The position numbers and the translations under genes were made by a program. The notes beneath the pieces were generated by a model, which worked only from the letters and a program-made list of their open reading frames with translations, was not told where the DNA came from and ran no database searches. This document shows positions 27,684 through 37,439 of a DNA stretch of 64,000 bases, one piece after another. Position 1 is the first letter of the stretch. Each line of letters begins with the position of its first letter. This DNA comes from Planctomycetaceae bacterium (GTDB taxonomy: Bacteria; Planctomycetota; Phycisphaerae; Phycisphaerales; SM1A02): positions 4,877-68,876 of the forward strand of contig CANLMX010000007.1 of NCBI GenBank assembly GCA_947492385.1. The letters run 5' to 3'.

Positions 27684-27713
27684 GCAGGCGGCGGCCCCAA
27701 GGCCGCCGCCTGC
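27684..27713 (+). terminator. GC-rich hairpin terminator after the protease gene
   Basis: GCAGGCGGCGGCC-CCAA-GGCCGCCGCCTGC, a perfect 13-bp stem 29 nt after the stop codon, with no U-tract. Confidence 0.55.
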
Positions 27714-27745
27714 GCGCGTTCCGGGCGCGCGGATACGCTGCGTCG

Positions 27746-28468
27746 ATGCGCGAAAGCCCAGCAATCCTTGCGCAGGATGCCGTCGCCGCAGGCTCGATGA
27801 GCCTGTTCGAGTACGTCCGCGCGGGCGGGCCGCTCGGCTACCTGCTCATCGGACTCTCGGTGGTGGTGGTGGCACTCATCGTGCGCAACCTGCTTGCGCT
27901 CCGACGCGGCGTCCTGTCGCCGCCGGGGTTCACCAAGGAAGTCTCCGAGCAGCTCCGCAAGGGCGCCGTCGCCGCGGCCGCCAAGGCGTGCGCGGACGAG
28001 CCGGGGCAGTCGTTCGTGGCACGCGTCATGGCCGCCGCGATCAGGCGCTGCACGGCAAGCCCGATGGGCGCGCTCGAAGCGCGATCCGCGATCGAGGATG
28101 CGGCGCAGGTGGAGGCCATGCGTCTCCACCGGCTGAACAACGGGCTCGGCGTGCTCGCGGCGGTCGGCCCGATGCTCGGGCTGCTGGGCACCGTGATCGG
28201 CATGATCGGCGCCTTCAACGCGATCGGGTCGCTGCAGGGCGCGGCGCGGTCCACCGAGCTGGCGCGGTTCATGTCGCTCGCGCTGGTGAACACCGCGCAG
28301 GGACTCGTGGTCGCGGTGCCGGCAACGGTGGCGTTCGCGCTGTTCCGGCAGCGGATCGACCGGCTCGTGACCGACGTCGCGGTGGCCGACCTCGAGCCGC
28401 TTGCGGATGACCTTGCCGCAGGGATCGGTGCCGCCCAGCGCGCCGCAGGCGCCGCGCGGAGGGCGTGA
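27746..28468 (+). CDS. exbB: MotA/TolQ/ExbB proton-channel protein (second set)
   Basis: 240 aa (alternative ATG at 27797, MSLFEYVRAGGPLGYLLIG). Core motif LGVLAAVGPMLGLLGTVIGMIGAF...LVNTAQGLVVAVPA. Confidence 0.85.
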   Translation: MRESPAILAQDAVAAGSMSLFEYVRAGGPLGYLLIGLSVVVVALIVRNLLALRRGVLSPPGFTKEVSEQLRKGAVAAAAKACADEPGQSFVARVMAAAIRRCTASPMGALEARSAIEDAAQVEAMRLHRLNNGLGVLAAVGPMLGLLGTVIGMIGAFNAIGSLQGAARSTELARFMSLALVNTAQGLVVAVPATVAFALFRQRIDRLVTDVAVADLEPLADDLAAGIGAAQRAAGAARRA

Positions 28469-28887
28469 TGGCAGGGGCACCGGATGCATCCGAGGCGTCG
28501 TTCGACCTGACGCCGATGATCGACGTCATCCTGCTCCTCATCATCTTCTTCATGCTGAGCTCGCAGTTCGCCAACTCCGAGCTGCGGCCGATCGACCTGC
28601 CCGCCGAGCGCGGCGCGCGGCCGCCGAGCGAGTCCGCTGCGGCACGGTTGGTGGTCGACATGGACCGCATGGGCGCATTCACGGTGATGGGCGAGCCCGT
28701 CGAGGCGGAAGCGCTTGCGGAACGGGTGGCCGCCGTACAGCGGGGGAGCGGGCCGCGCCACAGCGGCGTGGTGGTCCGCGCGGACCGTGCCGCGCCGGCG
28801 GCCGCACTCAACCGCCTGGCCACACGTCTGGCCGAGGCCGGGGTTGCCAACTGGTCGATCGCCGTCGCGTCGGAGGGCGACCCGTGA
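28465..28887 (+). CDS. exbD: ExbD/TolR biopolymer transport protein
   Basis: 140 aa. FDLTPMIDVILLLIIFFMLS. GTGA overlap with the exbB stop. Confidence 0.85.
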   Translation: MMAGAPDASEASFDLTPMIDVILLLIIFFMLSSQFANSELRPIDLPAERGARPPSESAAARLVVDMDRMGAFTVMGEPVEAEALAERVAAVQRGSGPRHSGVVVRADRAAPAAALNRLATRLAEAGVANWSIAVASEGDP

Positions 28888-29336
28888 GGGTGACGGCCGC
28901 CGCCCGCAAGGACGCGCACCTGCTGCAGCTCTCGGAGATGCGGCTTCCGCTGATCGCGTTCATCGACGTGATCCTCTTCATCCTCATGTACTTCCTGCTT
29001 GCAGGAAGCATCGATGCCGAGGAGCGCGAACTGGCTGCGGCGATCGGGAGCGGCAGCCCGGTGAGCGGGGACTCGGGCGGGTTCACGCCCCAGGTGCTCG
29101 CGCTGGCGCTCGAGGGCGGAGCCGAGGTCGCGCGCATCGGCACGCGCAGCGCGCGGGGCCGCGTCGCGATCGCCGAGATGCTGCGCGGGCTCCCGAAGGA
29201 ACCTGGCATCGTGCTCCGCGCGTCGGACGACGTGTCGGTGGCGGGGGTGGCGGCCGCGATGCAGGCGTGCCGGGATGCGGGGTTCGAGCGCGTCGCGTAC
29301 CAGCCGGGACGCGCCGCAGCGGCGAGCGGGCGCTGA
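28884..29336 (+). CDS. ExbD/TolR-like protein (divergent)
   Basis: GTG at 28884 overlaps the upstream stop. LPLIAFIDVILFILMYFLLAG is followed by an ExbD-like periplasmic domain (VLRASDDVSVAGVAAAMQACRDAGFERV). Confidence 0.7.
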   Translation: MRVTAAARKDAHLLQLSEMRLPLIAFIDVILFILMYFLLAGSIDAEERELAAAIGSGSPVSGDSGGFTPQVLALALEGGAEVARIGTRSARGRVAIAEMLRGLPKEPGIVLRASDDVSVAGVAAAMQACRDAGFERVAYQPGRAAAASGR

Positions 29337-29342
29337 ACGCCT

Positions 29343-30113
29343 TCACTCGAACCGGAGGTGCTTGACGCTCTCGCCACGGTCGCGCAGCTCGCGCAGCGCG
29401 TCGATGCCGATGTCAAGGTGCTGCTTCACGAAGCGCTCGGTGACCGTCTGGTCGCTCGCCGAGGTCTTGACCCCCTCGGGCGTCATCGGGTTGTCGGAGA
29501 CGAGGAGCAGCGCGCCCTTCGGGATGCCGTTGGCGAACCCGACCAGGAAGATGGTCGCGGTCTCCATGTCGATTCCCTCTGCACGGATCTGGAGCAGGTA
29601 GTCGCGGAACCGCGCGTCGTGCTCCCACACGCGGCGGTTCGTCGTGTAGACGGTTCCCGTGAAGTAGTCGCGGTCGTGCTTCACGATCGACGCGCTCACG
29701 GCCCGCTGGAGCCGGAAGCTGGGGAGCGCGGGCACCTCGGCCGGCATGTACTCGTTGCTCGTCCCTTCGCCGCGGATCGCGGCGATCGGAAGCACGAAGT
29801 CGCCCACCTTCGTCTTCTTGAGGCCACCGCACTTGCCGAGGAAGAGCACCGCCTTGGGTGACACCGCCGAGAGCAGGTCCATGGTGGTGGCCGCCATCGC
29901 GCTTCCCATGCCGAAGCTGAGGATCGTGATGTCCTCGGCCGTGGCGGAGAGCATCGGCCGGTCACGGCCCGCGACCGGGACGCCGAACCGCTCGGCGAAG
30001 AGCTCGACGTAGTTCGAGAAGTTGACCAGGAGCACGTAGTGCCCGAATTCCTCGAGCCTGCGCCCCGTGTAGCGGGGCAGCCAATCGCGGACGATCTCCG
30101 CCTTGTCCTTCAT
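29343..30113 (-). CDS. AMP nucleosidase-like / PNP-UDP family nucleoside phosphorylase (short form)
   Basis: 256 aa. ILSFGMGSAMAATTMDLL...VLFLGKCGGLK...IAAIRGEGTSNEY...GIDMETATIF is typical of the PNP_UDP_1 fold, and the N-terminus resembles the catalytic domain of AMP nucleosidases. Confidence 0.65.
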   Translation of the reverse strand: MKDKAEIVRDWLPRYTGRRLEEFGHYVLLVNFSNYVELFAERFGVPVAGRDRPMLSATAEDITILSFGMGSAMAATTMDLLSAVSPKAVLFLGKCGGLKKTKVGDFVLPIAAIRGEGTSNEYMPAEVPALPSFRLQRAVSASIVKHDRDYFTGTVYTTNRRVWEHDARFRDYLLQIRAEGIDMETATIFLVGFANGIPKGALLLVSDNPMTPEGVKTSASDQTVTERFVKQHLDIGIDALRELRDRGESVKHLRFE

Positions 30114-30158
30114 TCCCGCAGGGTACGCCGCGGCTAGCCTTCACGCGTCCGAACGGCC

Positions 30159-31808
30159 ATGCACGACGCACTCGTCGCCATCCTCGTGCTGCTCGGTGCG
30201 GCGCTCGCGCTCGGGGCGCTGGCCGAACGGCTTCGGCAGACCGCGGTGCTCGGATACCTGCTGGCAGGAACCGTGGTGGGCCCCGGCGTGCTCGGATGGG
30301 TGAGTTCCGAGGGCAGCATCTCGGCGCTTGCGGAGCTCGGTGCCGCCACGCTCCTCTTCTCCATCGGGACCGAGTTCAGCATGGGCCGGCTTCGCGCGCT
30401 CGGCACGCGGACCTTCGCGACCGGTGCCGTGCAGGTCGCGGTCACGTGCGCGGGCGGCATGACGGCGGGGCTTGCCCTCGGGCTCGAGTGGCGCGCCGCC
30501 GCGGCGCTCGGGGCGATCACAAGCCTGTCGAGCACGGCGGTCGTGATGCGGCTCCTGGTCGAGCAACGCGCGATCGACTCAGCCCACGGGCGGCTTTCGA
30601 TGGGCGTGCTGCTGACCCAGGACCTCGCGGTCGTGCCGCTGGTGGTGATGGTGGCGCTGCTGGCCGGAGGCGGGAGCGCGGCCGATGCGGCGTCCACGCT
30701 TGCGCGGACGGCCGGGTGGGCCGTGGTGCTCGTCGCCGGGTACGTCGTGCTCGTGCGCTGGGTGTTTCCTTGGTTCCTCGGCGGCCGCGGCGTCGCCCGC
30801 AATCGCGACCTGGTCGCGGTGTTCGCGGTGACTTGCGCAGTGGGAAGCGCGCTCGGCGCCGAGGCCGCGGGCCTCTCCCCCGCACTTGGCGCGTTCGTCG
30901 CGGGCGTGCTCCTCGGCGGATCACCCTTCGCCGCACAGGTCCGTGCGGAGGTCACGCCGCTCCGGACGATCTTGCTCACGCTCTTCTTCGCGTCGGTCGG
31001 CCTAGCGGGCGATCCTGCCTGGGCATGGGAACACCGCTGGGCGACGCTCGCAGCGGTGTCGGCGATCGTGGCCGGGAAGTCGCTGCTTGCATTCGCAGCC
31101 GCACGCATGTGCCGAACCTCGCCACGAAGCGCCGCGGCTGCGGCGCTCTGCCTTGCGCAGATCGGTGAGTTCAGCTTCGTGATCGCCGAGGTCGCGCGAG
31201 ACGGGGGATTGCTCGACGGCGATGCGCACCGGCTCGTCGTGACGTCGACCATCGGATCGCTCGCGCTCGCGCCGTTCATGGTGACGTGGGCGCAGCGGCT
31301 CTCGCGCTCGGTGCCGCGTGAACCTGGCACGGGCGCACCAGGCACGCCGCAGGCCCCCGGCGACCACGCCCCGGGCCAACGGCCCGACGTCGTGATCGTC
31401 GGGTTCGGTCCTGCCGGGCAGCGCGCGCTCGCGCAACTGCCGCCGCGCCGACGCGCATCCGTGGCAGTCGTCGATTCGAACCCGGCGCTCGTCGCGCAGG
31501 CCCGGCAGGCGGGCGCGCACGCGCACCTCGGCGATGCACGCCGCACGGACGTGCTCGAGCACGCCGGCGTGCGCAGTGCCCGCGTGGTCGCGGTGACGAC
31601 GGCCGACGTGGACGTGGCCGGCCACGTCGCGTCGCTCGTGCGCCATCTGGCGCCCACGGCCATGGTCATCGCGCGATCCCGCTACCGCGACACCGCGGAG
31701 GACATCGCACGCCAGGGAGCCCACCGCGTGGTCGACGAGGAGTCGCTGGTGGGAATCCGGCTGGCCTCGGCAATCGAGGCCGCTCTGCGGGGCCCGCGCG
31801 CCGGGTGA
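30159..31808 (+). CDS. CPA2-family cation:proton antiporter with a C-terminal TrkA-N (Rossmann) domain (Kef/YbaL-type)
   Basis: 549 aa. The N-terminus ALGALAERLRQTAVLGYLLAGTVVGPGVLG and about 12 TM segments, then VVIVGFGPAGQRAL (GxGxxG). Confidence 0.8.
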   Translation: MHDALVAILVLLGAALALGALAERLRQTAVLGYLLAGTVVGPGVLGWVSSEGSISALAELGAATLLFSIGTEFSMGRLRALGTRTFATGAVQVAVTCAGGMTAGLALGLEWRAAAALGAITSLSSTAVVMRLLVEQRAIDSAHGRLSMGVLLTQDLAVVPLVVMVALLAGGGSAADAASTLARTAGWAVVLVAGYVVLVRWVFPWFLGGRGVARNRDLVAVFAVTCAVGSALGAEAAGLSPALGAFVAGVLLGGSPFAAQVRAEVTPLRTILLTLFFASVGLAGDPAWAWEHRWATLAAVSAIVAGKSLLAFAAARMCRTSPRSAAAAALCLAQIGEFSFVIAEVARDGGLLDGDAHRLVVTSTIGSLALAPFMVTWAQRLSRSVPREPGTGAPGTPQAPGDHAPGQRPDVVIVGFGPAGQRALAQLPPRRRASVAVVDSNPALVAQARQAGAHAHLGDARRTDVLEHAGVRSARVVAVTTADVDVAGHVASLVRHLAPTAMVIARSRYRDTAEDIARQGAHRVVDEESLVGIRLASAIEAALRGPRAG

Positions 31809-32705
31809 TCAGCCCGGGCGCCCGGCGGACGGCCCGGTCCCGGGCTCGCCGGGCGGCGGCGCCAGGTCGTGTCCGCCGTCCTCGTGGAGCGCCCCCATCT
31901 GCGCGCGGTACGGCAGGATGTGCGGGTCGTCGCTTGCCGCGAAGGCGTCGAACGACCCGTCGAACAGCACACGACCCGCATGCAACATCACCACGCGCGG
32001 CCGGAGCCGGCGCAGCAGCTCGGTGTCGTGCGTGACGATCACGCTCGTCCGTGCCGCACCCTCGCGGCCGGCCGCGAACGCGGGCTGCGCACGATGGGTC
32101 GCGCCGATGAGCGCGTGGATTTGCGCGGACATCTCGGGATCGAGCCCCGCGGTCGGCTCGTCGTACATCACGATCACCGGATCCATGACGATCGCGCGCG
32201 CGATCGCGACGCGCTTGGCCATGCCGCCGGAGAGCTCCTCGCGGTCCCGGTGCATCACGGCATCCGGGTCGAGTCCGACGTCCGACAGCGCCTTCCGCGC
32301 AAGCGGCATGATGGCCTCGTCGGACATTCCCTTGACCTCCCGCGGAAGCACCGCGAGGTTGTGGAACACGTCGCCCGTGACCAGGGCATTGCGCTGGAAG
32401 ACCACCGCCCAGTGGGTCCGGATCCGGTCGAGGCCCGCCTCGTCGAGGGTGGCCATGTCGACCAGGGGCGCGGCCCCGCCCGGCCCTGTCGGGGATTCAT
32501 GGTCAGCCACCCGCACCCGCCCCGAATCCGGCGGGTAATGGGCCATGACCAGCTTCAGCAGGACCGTCTTGCCGCACCCCGACCCGCCCACGATCGCCAC
32601 CATCTCCCCGTTCTCGACGGTGACGTCGACCCCTTGAAGCACGGGCTTGCCGCCGAACGACTTATGGAGCCCTTCGACGACGATTTCGGGGCGGACGGAG
32701 GCCAT
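31809..32705 (-). CDS. ABC transporter ATP-binding protein (MlaF/Ttg2A-like), no permease gene adjacent
   Basis: 298 aa. Walker A GGSGCGKT, signature LSGGMAKRVAIARA, Walker B VIVMYDEPTAGLD. Confidence 0.8.
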   Translation of the reverse strand: MASVRPEIVVEGLHKSFGGKPVLQGVDVTVENGEMVAIVGGSGCGKTVLLKLVMAHYPPDSGRVRVADHESPTGPGGAAPLVDMATLDEAGLDRIRTHWAVVFQRNALVTGDVFHNLAVLPREVKGMSDEAIMPLARKALSDVGLDPDAVMHRDREELSGGMAKRVAIARAIVMDPVIVMYDEPTAGLDPEMSAQIHALIGATHRAQPAFAAGREGAARTSVIVTHDTELLRRLRPRVVMLHAGRVLFDGSFDAFAASDDPHILPYRAQMGALHEDGGHDLAPPPGEPGTGPSAGRPG

Positions 32706-32894
32706 CGGCGGAGGGTACCCCCTGCTTGAGGCGGGAACGCGCCGGCCCCGCCGAAGGCGTGGACTGGACGGAATCGGGCGTCAGGCCCCCCTGGAGGCCC
32801 AGGAAGCCCCGAATGGACCCATCAGGAAGAAATCTCGTTCGGCCGTGATGGCCGGGGAGTTTCGATTGCGTTCAGTAGGTCGTCGGGGGCACTT

Positions 32895-33086
32895 CTGGAT
32901 GGCGGACGGGAACCCGCCGACAGAACTGAAGGCCACTCAGTCGACGGGAAACCGACTGACGGCCGACAACGCGACGCGCTCCTGAACGGGAGACTCAGGG
33001 ATGCGTCAAACGCCGACGGCTCGACGGGAAACCGAGCCTGAAGCAAAGGAGTGTGGCCCTGAGAGATCGGGGCCTACACCTTTTTT
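32895..33086 (+). ncRNA. candidate small RNA: three hairpins displaying an ACGGGAA(A)C loop plus an intrinsic terminator (5' end undefined, may start further upstream)
   Basis: Hairpins GGCGG-ACGGGAAC-CCGCC (32901-32918), CAGTCG-ACGGGAAAC-CGACTG (32938-32958) and GGCTCG-ACGGGAAAC-CGAGCC (33018-33038). The terminator is at 33051-33086. The region is lower in GC, has no credible ORF, and there is no + strand gene upstream that the terminator could serve. Confidence 0.45.
33051..33086 (+). terminator. rho-independent terminator (possibly bidirectional, also downstream of icd)
   Basis: GTGTGGCCC (33051-33059) pairs with GGGCC-t-ACAC (33070-33079) around the loop TGAGAGATCG, followed by C and T6 (33081-33086). 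On the minus strand the A6 precedes the stem and UCCUUUGCUU follows it. Confidence 0.65.
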
Positions 33087-33137
33087 GGGGAACCCATCGA
33101 TGCGCCGCGGAACGACGGGGAGGCCGCCGTGCCGCCG

Positions 33138-35863
<2,726 letters not shown>

Positions 35864-35867
35864 TCGA

Positions 35868-37271
35868 ATGATTGATCGTCGGACGCTACTCTCGGGCGCC
35901 ACCTTCGCGGCCGGGGCGGCGATGGCGCTGCCCGCGGTTGCCTCGGTCACGGCTGCATGGGATGCGGCATCGGCCCCACGCAGGCGCATCCGCTCGGGCG
36001 CGCTCGGCAAACTGCAGCTCCTGCAGGTGGGCGTCGGCGGCAGCATCGCGCCGGCCGATCGGCACGAACTCAAGCAGCATCCCGACGTGGCGTTCACGGG
36101 CTTCTGCGATGTCGACGCGGACGCGCTGGCGGGCGTCGCCAAGGACCATCCCGACGCATTCACGTGCCGCGACTTCCGCGAGGCGTTCGACCGGCACGGT
36201 GACCGCTTCGACGCGGTGGTGGTGTGCACGCCCGACCACAACCACGCACTGATCATGCTCTGGGCGCTGCGCGCGAACAAGCACGTCTACGGCCAGAAGC
36301 CGCTGGTGCAGCAGCTTTCGGAGGTTCCGGCCATGCTGGACGCGGTGGCACGGCGCCCGGCGCTGGTCACGCAGGTGGGCAACCAGCGGATGGGGCCGGC
36401 CGGTCGGCAGCACGCCGTCGACATCCTCCGGCGCGGGCTCCTCGGGAAGGCCGTCGAGGCCCATGTCTGGATCAGCGGCCCCGGCGACCGGGGCGACGGG
36501 TACTTCTGGTACGGCGGGCTGAAGGACCCGACGCCGCCGCCCGCCAACCTCGACTGGACCCTGTGGCTCGGTGCCGCGCAGGATGCGCCCTACCGCGAAG
36601 GCCTGGTCCCGCTGCGGTGGCGGTCAAGCTGGGATTACGGAACCGGCCAGCTGGGCGACTGGTGCACGCACCTGCTCGACGTCCTGTACTTCGCGTACGA
36701 CCTGCCCGCGCCGGTGGCGGTCATCTCGCACACGCGCACGCCGAGCGACTTCTACCACGCCCAGCACGTGCACTCGACGCTGACGTACCCCGTGACGGGC
36801 GAACGGTTCGCGCGGGAACGGTTCGTCGTGCACTACTGCGACAAGAGCCAGGCGCCGTCGCGCGCCGCGCTCGGGCTTCCCGCAGGCGAGTGGCCGGGCA
36901 TCGGCACGCTGGTGGTGTGCGAAGGCGGCGTGCTGCTGGTCGAGCCCGAAGGCGCCATCCAGTGCTGGATCGGCGGCACGCCGGTTGACTGGAAGTCCAT
37001 CCCGGGCCAGGGCGAGGTCGTGGCGCGCAACCATTGGCACGCCTGGGTCGACCGCATCATCGGGAAACCGGGAGCGTTCGTGCAGTCCCCGTTCACCGCC
37101 GCGGCGGGGATGGCGGAGGCGGGCGTGCTGTGCTGCCGCGCGGCACGCTTCCCGGGCCAGGAGCTTCGGTGGGACCGCACCGCCTGCGCCATCACCAACC
37201 ACGCCGAGGCGAATCGCACCATCGTGCGTCGGGAGTATCGACCGGGGTTCGAGCTTCCGACCGTGTCATGA
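35868..37271 (+). CDS. Gfo/Idh/MocA-family oxidoreductase with a twin-arginine signal peptide
   Basis: 467 aa. Tat-like MIDRRTLLSGATFAAGAAMALPAVA. Rossmann segment LQVGVGGSIA...FDAVVVCTPDHNHALI...KHVYGQKPL. Confidence 0.8.
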   Translation: MIDRRTLLSGATFAAGAAMALPAVASVTAAWDAASAPRRRIRSGALGKLQLLQVGVGGSIAPADRHELKQHPDVAFTGFCDVDADALAGVAKDHPDAFTCRDFREAFDRHGDRFDAVVVCTPDHNHALIMLWALRANKHVYGQKPLVQQLSEVPAMLDAVARRPALVTQVGNQRMGPAGRQHAVDILRRGLLGKAVEAHVWISGPGDRGDGYFWYGGLKDPTPPPANLDWTLWLGAAQDAPYREGLVPLRWRSSWDYGTGQLGDWCTHLLDVLYFAYDLPAPVAVISHTRTPSDFYHAQHVHSTLTYPVTGERFARERFVVHYCDKSQAPSRAALGLPAGEWPGIGTLVVCEGGVLLVEPEGAIQCWIGGTPVDWKSIPGQGEVVARNHWHAWVDRIIGKPGAFVQSPFTAAAGMAEAGVLCCRAARFPGQELRWDRTACAITNHAEANRTIVRREYRPGFELPTVS

Positions 37272-37439
37272 GCGGCTCATGATCGCGGGCGGCGATGCAG
37301 CCGGCCGATCACGCGGGGGATCTTCCTCCTGACGAGGGCCCTGTCGGATATTCTTGGACCGAATGCTGGCATTTCGAGGCATCATTCCAATATTGGACGC
37401 TCGCTTGGATGGAGTCTTGCTTACCCTTGGCGCCTGGCC

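Noticed and set aside
25127-28489. Very long ORFs antisense to, or out of frame with, recognisable genes: 25127-28489 (-, 1120 aa), 4585-6933 (-), 15496-17451 (-), 19339-21762 (+), 33129-35567 (+), 11148-14327 (+), 50307-52430 (-).
   Set aside because: In roughly 70% GC DNA stop codons are rare in all frames. These translations are Arg/Gly/Pro/Ala-rich low-complexity strings without motifs. Each one overlaps a gene with clear family signatures on the other strand or frame.
32895-33086. A possible tmRNA. The segment GGGGGCACTTCTGGATGGCGGACGGGAAC loosely resembles the tmRNA 5' end (GGGGCUGAUUCUGGAUUCGACGGGA).
   Set aside because: There is no tRNA-like T-arm or ...CCACCA 3' end anywhere downstream (or upstream, for a permuted gene). 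Only about 190 nt remain before the terminator. The only resume-like frame (GCC GAC AAC GCG ACG CGC TCC TGA) does not end in the hydrophobic tail typical of degradation tags.
32706-33137. RNase P RNA, 6S RNA or a riboswitch as an explanation for the structured intergenic region.
   Set aside because: The RNase P P4 signatures (GAGGAAAGUCCGG / ACAGAACCCGGCUUA) are absent on both strands. The repeated short hairpins do not fit the long bulged duplex of 6S RNA. No + strand gene follows that a riboswitch could control.
37367-37381. A sigma-54-like element TGGCAT-N5-GGCA, plus repeated TTGGA(C/T) motifs (37354, 37393, 37405), in the lower-GC leader of the SulP-carbonic anhydrase gene.
   Set aside because: The GG-to-GC spacing is one nucleotide short of the -24/-12 consensus, and the -12 element is GGCA rather than TTGC. 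The TTGGA repeats are too short to distinguish from chance. No enhancer-binding protein gene is nearby.
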